DNA of 64,000 bases from the human T2T-CHM13v2.0 reference genome, Homo sapiens, in the NCBI RefSeq assembly GCF_009914755.1, contig NC_060928.1; one strand, 5' to 3'. A program made the position numbers and the translations under genes. Under the pieces are notes generated by a model that ran no database searches, was not told where the DNA came from, and saw only the letters and a list, made by a program, of their open reading frames with translations. Positions 1 to 12,735 of the stretch are shown here, in pieces. Within the stretch, counting starts at the first letter, position 1, and every line of letters starts with the position of its first letter.

Positions 1-2435
<2,435 letters not shown>

Positions 2436-5400
2436 GAAAGATTTAACTCTGTGAGATGAATCTACACATTGCATAGCGTTTTCACAGATAGGTTGTGAAT
2501 AGTTTTTTTGTGGTATATTTGTTTTTTCACGATAGGCGTCAAATGACTTTCAAATAACCCTGTGCAGGTTCTACGGAAAGAGTGTTTCAACTGCTGAATC
2601 ACAAGAAAGGTTTACCTCTTAGAGATGAATGCACATATCCAAAACCGTTTCACAGATAGCTTCTTTCTAGTTTTTATCACAGGATACCTGTTTTTCAATA
2701 TTGGCCTGAATGGGCCCTCAACTATTTCCTGAAATTTCCCTGTGCAGATTCTACAGAGTTTCCAACTTGCTGAATCAAATTAAAGGTTTAACTCACTGTG
2801 ATGAATCCTCGCATCACAAAGCCTTTTCACAGATAGCTTCTTTCTAGTTTTTATCGCAGGATATCAGTTTTCCAATATAGGCCTCAATGGGCTCCCAATT
2901 GTCCCTGTGGAGAATCTATAGAAAAAGTTTCCAAACTGCTGAATCAAAGAAAAGTTTTAACTCTGTCAGATGAATCCACACATCACAAAGCATTTGCACA
3001 GATAGCTTCTTTCTCGTTTTTATCACGGGATATCAATTTTTCACTATAGTCCTCAAGTGGGCTCACAAATATCCCCTTGTAAATTATACAAAAAGAGTGT
3101 TTTGAACCCCCTGAATCAAAAGAAATGATTAATTCTATGACATGAATCCACATATTGCAAAGAATTTTCACAGATAGCTTCTTTCTACTTTTTAATCATG
3201 GGATATCTGTGTTTCAGTATAGGCCTCAATGTGCTCTAAAATGTTTCTACACAGATTCTACAGAAAGATTGTTACCAAAATGAGGAATCAAAAGAAAGGT
3301 TTAAGTTTGTGAAGTGAATCCACATATTGCAAAGCATTGTCACAGATAACTTCTTTCTCATTTTTATCATGGGATATTGGTTTTTCACTATAGGCCTCAA
3401 TAGGCTCCCAAATATTTGTGTGCAGATTCTACAGAAAGAGTCTTTGCAACCTGCTGAATCAAAAGAAAGGTTCAACTCTGTGAGATGAATCCACACATCA
3501 CAAAGTGATTTCACAGATAGCTTCTTTCTTGTTTTTATCATGGAATATCTGTTTTCACTATATGATTCAATGGGCTCCAAAATATTTTGCACAGATTCTA
3601 CAGAAAGAGTGTTTTAAACCTGCTGAATCAAAAGAAAAATTTGAATTTCTGAGATGAATCCAGACATCGCAAAACATTTTCTCAGGTAGCTTATTTCTAG
3701 TTTTTATAATAGGATGTCACTGTTTCACTATAGGCCTTCATGGGCTCCCAAAAGTCCCAGCGCAGATTCTACAGAAAGAGTGTTTTCAATTTGCTGAATC
3801 AAAGGAAATGTTTATCTCTGTCAGATAAATCCATGCATTGCAAAACATTTTCACAGATAGCTTCTTTCTAGTTTTTATCACAGGATATCAGTTTGTCACA
3901 ATAAACCTCAATGGGCTCAAAATGTCCCAGTGAAGATTCTACAGAAAGTGTTTCAACCTGCTGAATCAAAAGATAGGTTTGTTTCTGTGAGATGAATACA
4001 CACATCACAAAGCATTTTGACAGATAGCTTCCTTCTTGTTTTTATTGCAGGATACCTGTATTCCCTATAGGCCACTATGTGATCCAAAATGTCCATGTAC
4101 AGATTCTGCAGAAACAGTGTTTCCAACCTGCTGAATTAAAGAAAGTTTTAACTCTGTGAGATGAATCCACACACTGCAAAGCATTTTGACAGATACTTTC
4201 TTTTTAGTTTTTATTGCAGGATATATGTTTACACTGTAGGCCTCAATGGGCTCCTAAATGTCCCTGAGCTGATTCTACAGAAAGAGTGTTTTCAACCTGC
4301 TGAATCAAAAAAAAAATTAACTCTGTCAGATGAATCCCCACATCACAAATCGTTTTCACAAATATATTCTCTTTAGTGTTTATCATGGGTATTGGTTTTT
4401 CAATATAGCCCTCAATGGGTTCCCCCATGTCCCTGTAAAGATCCTACAAAAGAGTGTTTTCAATTTGCTAAATCAAGAAAACGTTTTACTCTGTGAGATT
4501 AAACCACACATCACAAAGCATTTTCACAGATAGCTTCTTTATAGTTTTTATCACATTTATCGGTTTTCCACTATGGGTCTCAATGGGCTCCCAAATATCC
4601 CTCCGCAGATTCTACAGAAAGAGTGTTTCCAACTTGCTGAATCAAAAGAAAGGTTTAACCCTGTGAGATGTAGCCACACATCAGAAAGCCTTTTCACAGG
4701 CAGTTTCTTTCTCGTTTTTATCATAGGATATCTGTTTTCGCTATAGAATTCAATGGGCTCCCAAATGTCCTTGCACACAATTTAAGGAAACAGTGTTTCC
4801 AACCTGATGAATTAAATGAAAGGTTTAACTTTGTGATATGAACCCACACAACACAAAGTGTTTTCACAGATAGCTTCTTTCTTGTTCATATTGCGGTATA
4901 TTGGTTTTTCACTACAGGCCTCAATGGGCTCCCAAATATTCCTGTGCAGATTCTACAGAAAGAGTATTTCCAAACTGCTGAATCAAAAGAAAGGTTTAAC
5001 TCTGTGAGATGAATCCAAATATCACAAAGCATTTTTAAAGATGGCTTTTTTCTTGTTTTTAATCACAGGATATTGGTATTTCACTGTAGGCCTCAACGGG
5101 CTTTAAAATGTTTATGTGCAGATTCTACAGTAAGAATGTTTCCAATCTGCTGAGTCAAAAGAAAGATTTAACTCTGTGAGATGAAGTAACACATTGCAAA
5201 GTGTTTTCACAGATAGCTTCATTCTAGTTTTTCATGTGGCAGTTTTTTTTTCATTGTAGGTCTCAATGGGCTCCCAAATGTACCTGTGAAGATCTTACAG
5301 AAAGAGAGTTTCCAACCTGCTGAATAAAAAGAAAGGTTTTACTTTTTAAGATAAATCAACACATCATAAAGCATTTTCACACATAGCTTCTTTCTAGTTT

Positions 5401-7652
5401 TTATTGCAGTATTTTGGTTATTCACTATAGGCCTCAATGGGCTCCTAAATGTCCTGTGCAGATTCTACAGAAAGAGTGTTTCCAACCTGCTGAATCAAAT
5501 GGAAAGTTTACCCCTATTAGATAAATCCAAAAATCCCAAAACGTTTTCACAGATAGCTTCTTTCTAGTTTTCATCACAGGGTATCAGTTTTCACCATTGG
5601 CCTCAATGGGCTCCCAAATTTCCCTGTAGAGATTCTACAGAAAAGGTGTTTCCAACCTGCTGAATCAAAGGAAAGGTTTAACTCTGTCAGGTGAATCCGC
5701 ACATCACAAAGCATTCTCACAGAGCTTCTTTCCCGTTTTTATCATGGGATATCGGTTTTTCACTATAGTCCTCAATGGGCTCCCAAATATCCAAATATCC
5801 CTGCTCAGATTCTACAGAAAGAATGTTTTGAACTTGCTGAATCAAAAGAATTGTTTAATTCTGTGAGATAAATCCACCCATTGCAAAGCTTTTTCACAGA
5901 TAGCTTCTCTCTAGTTTTTAACACGGGATATCAGTTTTCCAGTATAGGCTTCTATGGGCTCCAAAAAGTCCCTTTGGAGATTCTACAAAAAAAGTGTTTC
6001 CAACTTGCCGAATCAAAGGAAAGGTTTAACTCTGTCAGATGAATCCACACATTACAATGGTTTTTCACAGATAGCTTCCTTCTAGTTTTCATCATGGAAT
6101 ATCTGTTTTTGCTATAGGCCTCTATGGGTCCCCAGTTGTCCATGTGCAGATTCTACAGAAGGAGTGTTTCCAACTTTCTAAATCACAAGAAAGGTTTAAC
6201 TCTGAGATGAATTCACACATCATAAAGTTTTTTCACAGATAGCTTCTTTCTCATTTTTATCGCTGGATATCAGTTTTACACAGTGGGCCTCAATGGGCTC
6301 CTAAAAGTCCCTGCACAGATTCTACAGAAAGAGTGTTTCCAACCTGCTGAATCAAAAGAAATGTTTAACTCTGTGAGATGAGTCCACACATCACAAATTA
6401 TTTTCACATATAGCTTCTTTCTAGTTTTTATTGTGGGATATCTATTTTCACAATAGGACTCAATGGGCTCCCAAATGACCTTGCGGATAATCTACAGAAA
6501 CAGTGTTTCCAACCTGCTGGATCAAAACAAAGGTTTTACTCTGTGAGATGAATGCACACATCACAAAGCATTTTGACAGATAGCTTCTTTCTAGTTTTTA
6601 TCATGGGATATCGATTTTTACCAAATGCTTCAATGGACTCCCAAATATCCCTTTGCAGATTCTACAGAAAAGGTGCTTCCAACCTGCTGAATCAAAAGAA
6701 ATGTTGAATTCTGTGAGATGAATCCACCCATCACAAAGCATTTTCACAAATAGCTTATTTCTAGTTTTTAATTGTGGGATTTCTGGTTTTCACTATAGGT
6801 CTCAATGGGCTCCCAAGTGTCCCTGTGCAGATTCTACAGAGTGTTTCTAATCTGCTGAACCAAAAGAAAGAGTTAACTCTGTGAGATGAATCAACTTGTC
6901 ACAAAGCATTTTCACAGATAGCTTCTTTCTAGTTTTTATCATGGGCTATCTATTTTCACAGTAGGACTCAATGCATTCCCAAATGTACTTGTGCAGAACC
7001 TACAGAAAGAGTGTTTCCAACCTGCTGAATCAGACAAAGGTTTAACTCTGTGAGATGAATCCACCCTTCCCAAAGCGTTTTCACAGAGAGATTATTTCTC
7101 GTTTTTATTGTGGGATATCAGATTTTCATTATAGGCCTCAATGGGCTCTAAAATGTCCTGGTGCAGATTCTACAGAAAGAGTGTTTCCACCTTGCTGAAT
7201 CAAAAGAAAGTTTTAACTCTGTGAGATGAATCTAGAGATCAAAAAGCATTCTTGCAGATAGCTTCCTTCTAGTTTTTATAGTGAGATATCTATTTTCACC
7301 ATATGACACAATGGGCTCCCAAATGTCCTTGCACAGATTCTACAGAAAGAATGTTTCCAATCTGCTGAATTGAATGAAAGGTTTTAACTCTGTGAGATGA
7401 ATCCAAACGTCCCAAACCCTTTTGGCAAATAGCTTCTTTTTAGTTTTTATCTCAGGATATTGGTTTTCCACTATAGGCCTCAATGGGCTTCCAAATGTCC
7501 CTGCAAAGATTCTACAGAATAAATGTTACCAATCTGCTGGATCAAAAGAAAGGTTTAACCCTGTGAGATGAATCCACACATCACAAAGCATTTTCACAGA
7601 TAGATTCTTTCTCATTTTTATCACGGGATATTGGTTTTTCACTATAGTCCTC
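2436..7652 (-). repeat. Alpha satellite, divergent monomeric array (~30 monomers of ~171 bp)
   Basis: Recurring unit ...ttctacagaaagagtgtttccaacctgctgaatcaaaagaaaggtttaactctgtgagatgaatccacacatcacaaagc... at ~170-172 bp spacing; reverse complement of the alphoid consensus. No CENP-B box seen. Confidence 0.97.
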
Positions 7653-8751
7653 TGTTGCGGGAAGTCGGGGACCTCAAACGGAGGAACCGGCTGAAGCCAT
7701 GGCAGAAGAATGTGGATTGTGAAGATTTCACGGACATTTATTAGTTTCCCAAATTAATACTTTTATAATTTCTTATGCCTGTCTTTACTGTAATCTCTAA
7801 ACATAAACTGTGAAGATTTCATGGACACTTATCACTTCGCCAATAAATAACCTTGTGATTTCCTATGCCTGTCTTTACTTTAATCTCTTAATCCTGTCAT
7901 CTCATAAGCTGAGGAGAATGTATGTCACCTCAGGGCCCTGTGATGATTGCGTTAACTGCATAAATTGAAGAGCATGTGTGTTTGAACAATATGAAATCTG
8001 GGCACCTTGAAAAAAGAACAGGATAACAGCAATGTTCGGGGAACAAGAGAGATAACCTTAAACTCTGACTGCCTGTGAGCCAGGTGGAACAGAGCCATAT
8101 TTCTCTTCTTTCAAAAGCAAATGGGAGAAATATCACTGAATTCTTTTTCTCAGCAAGGAACATCCCTGAGAAAGAGAATGCACCCCTGAGGGTGGGCCTC
8201 TAAAATGGCCCCCTTGGGTGTGGCCATCTTCTATGGTCAAGCTGTAGGGATGAAATAAGCCCCAGTCTCCCACAGCACTCCCAGGCTTATTAGGATGAGG
8301 AAATTCCCACCTAATAAATTTTGGTCAGACTGGTTGCTCTCAAACCCTGTCTCCTGATAAGATGTTATCGATGACAATGGTGCCGAAAACTTCATTAGCA
8401 ATTTTAATTTCACCCCGCTACTGTGGTCCTGTGATCTCACCCTGCCTCCATTTACCTTGTGATATTCTATTACCTTGTGAAGTACATGATCTCTGTGACC
8501 CACACCCTATTTGTACACTCCCTCCCCTTTTGAAAATCCCTAATAAAAACTTGCTGGTTTTGCAGCTTGTGGGGCATCATGGAACCTACCAACATGTGAT
8601 GTCTCCCCCAGATGCCCAGCTCTAAAATTTCTCTCTTTTGTACTCTGTCCCTTTATTTCTCATATTGGCTGATGCTTAGGGAAAATAGAAAAGAACGTAT
8701 GTGAAATATTGGAGGTGAATTTTGCCCGATATCTGGCTGAATTTCCCGATA
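7653..8751 (+). mobile_element. MER11 solo LTR (HERV-K11/HML-8), full length, inserted in alpha satellite
   Basis: Starts tgttgcgggaagtc...gaagccatggcagaagaa and ends ...gaatttcccgata; ~1.1 kb; AATAAA near 8542. 6-bp TSD gtcctc (7647-7652) / gtcttc (8752-8757). The interrupted monomer resumes in register. Confidence 0.92.
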
Positions 8752-11307
8752 GTCTTCAATTGACTCCCAAATGTCACTGTGCAGATTCTAAATAGTGTTT
8801 TGAACCTGCTGAATTAAAAGTAAAGTTTAACTGTGTGAGATGAATCCACACATTGCAAAGAGTTTTCACAGATAACTTCTTTCTAGTTTTTATTGTGGGA
8901 TATCAGTTTTTCACTATAGGCTTCAATGGTCCTGTCCTGTGCAGATTCTATAGAAAGAGTTTTGCAAGCTGATGAATCAAAAGAGATGTTTAAGTCTGTA
9001 AGATGAATCCACACATTGCAAAGCTTTTAAACAGATAGTTTATTTCTAGTTTTTATTGTGGGATATTGATTTTACACAATAGTCCCCAAAGGGCTCCCAA
9101 ATGTCCCTGTGCAGATTCTAAAGAAAGAGTGTTTCCAACCTGCTGAATCAAAAGAAAGTTTTAATTCTCTGAGATGAATCCACACATTGTGAAGCTTTTT
9201 CACAAATAGCTTCTTTCTAGTTTTTATCATGGGATATCTGTTTTCACTATACGACTGAATGGGCTGCCAAATATCCCTGCACAGATCGTACAGAAAGAAT
9301 GTTTCCAATCTTCTGAATCAAAAGAAAGGTTTAACTCTTTGAGATGAATCCACACATCACGAAGCATTTTTACTCATAACTTCTTTCTTGTTTTTATCCT
9401 GAGATATCGGTTTTTCACTATAGGCCACTGTTGACTCCCAAATGTCACTGCACAGATTCTAAAGAGTGGTTCCAACCTGCTGAGTCAACACAAGGGTTTA
9501 ACTCTGTGAGATGAATCCACATGCCACAAAGCATTTTCACAGATACCCTGATTAAATTTTTCTTGCAGGATATTGATTTTTCTTTATAGGCCTCAATGGG
9601 CTTCAAAATATCCTTGTGCAGCTACAGAAAGAGTGTTTCCAACCTGCTTAATCAAAAGAAAGAATTAAATCTGTGAGATGAATCCACGCATTGCCGCAAA
9701 GCATTTTCACTGATAGTTTCTTTCTCCTTTTCATTGTGGGATATTGGTTTTTCAGTACAGGCCTCTATGGGCTCCTAATGTCCCTGAACAGATTCTACAG
9801 AAAGAGTATTTCAATCTGCTGAAACAAAATAAAGGTTTAACTCTGTGAGATTAATCCAGATATTGCAAAGAATTTTCACAGACAGCTTCTTTCTAGTTTT
9901 TATCGCAGGATATCTGTTTTCACTGTAAGACTCAATGAGCTCACAAATGTCCTTGTGCAGATTCGACGGAAAGGATGTTTCCAACCTGGTGAATCAAAAG
10001 ATAGGCTTAACTCTGTGAGATGAATCCACACATCTCACAGCATTTTCACAGATAGCTTCTTTCTTGTTTTTATCATGAGATATTGGGTTTTAATATAGGC
10101 CTCAATGGGCTCCATAATGTCCCTGCACAGATTCTACAGAGTGTTTTCAGCCTGCTGAATCAAAAGAAAGGTTTAACTCTGTGAGATGAATCCACATATC
10201 GCAAAGTGTTTTCACAGATAACTTCTTCCTCGTTTTTATAGTGGGATATCTTGTTTTTACTATAGTCCTCAATGGGCTCTCAAATATCCCTGAGCAGGTT
10301 CTAAAGAAACAGTGTTTCCAACCTGCTGAATCAAAAAAAAAGTTTTAACTCTCTGGGATGAGTCCACACATCGCAAGTCTTTTTCACAGATAGCTGTTTT
10401 CACTGTAGAATCCAACGGGCTCCCAAATGTCCTCGCACAGATTCTACAGAAAGAGTGCTTCCAACTTGCTGAATCGAAAGATAAGAATATCTCTGTGGGA
10501 TGAATCCACACATCACAAAGCATTTTCACCCATAGCTTCTTTCTGTTTTTTATAGTGGGATATTTGTTTTTTTACCATAGGCCTCAATTGGCTCCCAATG
10601 CCCCTGTGCAGATTCTACAGTAAGAGTGTTTCCAACCTGCTGAATCAAAAGAAAGATTTAAGTCTGTGAGATAAGTCCATACATTACAAAGTGTTTTCAC
10701 AGATAGCTTCTTTCTAGTTTTTATCGCGGGATGTCTGTTTTCACTATAGGACTAAACGGGCTTCCAAATGTCCTTGCACAGATTCTACAGAAAGAGTGTT
10801 TTCAACCTGCTGAATCAAAAGAAAGTTTAAACTCTGTGAGATGAATCCACACATCGCACAGCATTTTAAGAGATAGATTCTTTATCGTTTTTATTGTGGG
10901 ATATCGGTTTTTCACTATAGGCCTCAATGGGCTCCCAAATATCCCTGCGCAGATTCTACAGAGGGTTTCCAACTAGCTGAATCAAAAGAAAGTTTAACTG
11001 TGAGTTGCATCCACACATCGCAAAGCTTTCACACAGATAGCTTCTTTCCAGTTTTATCACAGGGTATTCGGTTTTTTACTATAGGACTCACAGGCTCCCA
11101 AATGTACCTTTGCAGATTCTGCAAAACAGTATTTCCAAGTTGCTGAAACAAAAGAAGGGTTTATCTCTGTGAAATGAATCCATACATCCCAAAGCATTTT
11201 CAAAGATAGCTTCTTTCTAGTTTTTATCACAGGATATCATTTTTCATTACAGACCTCAATGGGCTCCGAAATGTCCCTGAGCAGATTCTTCAAAAAGAGT
11301 GTTTCCA
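8752..11307 (-). repeat. Alpha satellite, divergent monomeric array continued (~15 monomers)
   Basis: Same ~171-bp unit; ends abruptly mid-monomer at ...caaaaagagtgtttcca (11307). Confidence 0.97.
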
Positions 11308-12735
11308 GGGGGCCAAGTGGCAGAGCTGGGCTGGGGGGATGGGGGTGGGGGGTGAGGGTGGGGTTTGGGGATGGTGGGGAGCACAATTCACTTGCAGCCC
11401 CCCAGGTCAGGGGTCGACTCTGTGTCCCCTCCCTTAGCCTACGTGAAACCTGGCTTTAGGACCTAAGGGCAAAGTGAGCGCCTGGTTCTCCAGGTGCCAT
11501 GTGCGTGGACTGCCCATGCCCCTGGCTGCTGTTGCCCTGTGAGCAGGGCAGGAGCCTGCAGCCAGCCACAGAGGCCTGGTGTGCACTCCACCCCTGAGCC
11601 CACAGTAAGGGTGGCCTCTGCCCGGGAGTCAGGAGTCATCCCCTTTGTTCTTCCTTGCCCTGGGAGGGCCGCTAGGAGGGGGTAGGCCCTCGGCCGGGCG
11701 GGGCCGGTGGGCACCTGGGCGGGCGAATCTGTCAACTCCTGTGGGAGGCCCTGTGAGGGCAGCAGCCGGTGAGTAGCCATATCAAGCTCCTTAGGGAGGC
11801 TCCACCCCATCCTCTGGGGCCGCCCTTCCTCGGCGTCCACGGCCCCGCGGGCAGTTACCTGTTCTAGGTGTTTGTGCCCCCCGACTCCGGTAAAGGTCCT
11901 CAGCCCCGGCCTGCTACGTCTCAGCTGCTGCCCGCGCCAGGTGAGGGCTCAGGGCTACTGGATGGGGCTCCCGGCGCTTGGTGTCTGGCTCTGGGAGTGC
12001 GCTGCCGAGAGGATTGGGCCGGCAGGCGTTCGGTTCCGGGAGGGGGCGGCACGCCGGGAACTGGGCAGCCTAGGCTGGCTGGTTGTGGCGGTGACGGCGG
12101 CTGTCTCTGGGGTTCTCTGCCCCCAGCCGGAGCCAGTCGGTGCCCTGGCGGTGAGACGGGCAAGTTGGGCTCCCTGGCCTCGGGGCCACCCCGACTGGGG
12201 CGGCTGGGGCAGAGGGACGATATTTGCTCACTACCCGGTGTCTGCCGCTCATTCTCAGGAGGATCCGCCCGCTGTGACTGCTGAGAGGGAGTCGCTGTTG
12301 GCCAGGGTGAACCGGCCGGCCGAGCATCAGCCCCTGGCCGAACATGAGGGCAAAGTGGCAGCGAGGGAGGAGAAGGCCAAGGCCACCACCAGCGAGGGGG
12401 CGCGGGGAGAGCCGTCCTCCCTGGTGGTGCCTACACGCAGCATGCCCCAGGCGGCTGTCCCCGTGAGGCCCTTGGCGCTGCATCTTGCGCACAAGGCGCG
12501 TGGGCCCGGGGGCCCTTTCAGCAGGGAGCCGCGGTGGCCAGTGCCGCCGCTGCTGCGGGATCCATTGGCCTAGGATACCATGGAGGAGGCGGCAGCTGGC
12601 CCTAAGGAAAAGCAGCAGCCGCCCCTGCTGCTGCCTAAGGGAAATCCCTGGAACAAAAAGCCTTCACAACACCTGTCCCCAACCACAACAGGTCGGCCGC
12701 AGCCAGCGCTGGAAACCCTGGAGGCAGAGTTCGGT
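11308..12735. promoter_or_regulatory. GC/CpG-rich island-like segment carried at the 5' end of the retrocopy
   Basis: Abrupt switch to high GC with many CpGs (cggccgggcggggccgg, ccacggccccgcggg) and GC-box-like GGGCGG at ~11696 and ~11716, set in AT-rich surroundings. Activity unknown. Confidence 0.6.

Noticed and set aside
3012-3030. CENP-B-box-like ttctcgtttttatcacggga
   Set aside because: Does not fit TTCGNNNNANNCGGG in bases or spacing, and is not at the box position of the monomer.
7715-7885. Internal direct repeat (tgtgaagatttca...tatgcctgtctttact)
   Set aside because: Part of the normal MER11 LTR structure.
2983-10529. Family of similar minus-strand ORFs (MIKTRKKLSVK...HLTELNLSFDSA) suggesting a repeat protein or CRISPR-like array
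   Set aside because: These are translations of 171-bp (57-codon) satellite monomers, with no unique spacers and no coding signal.
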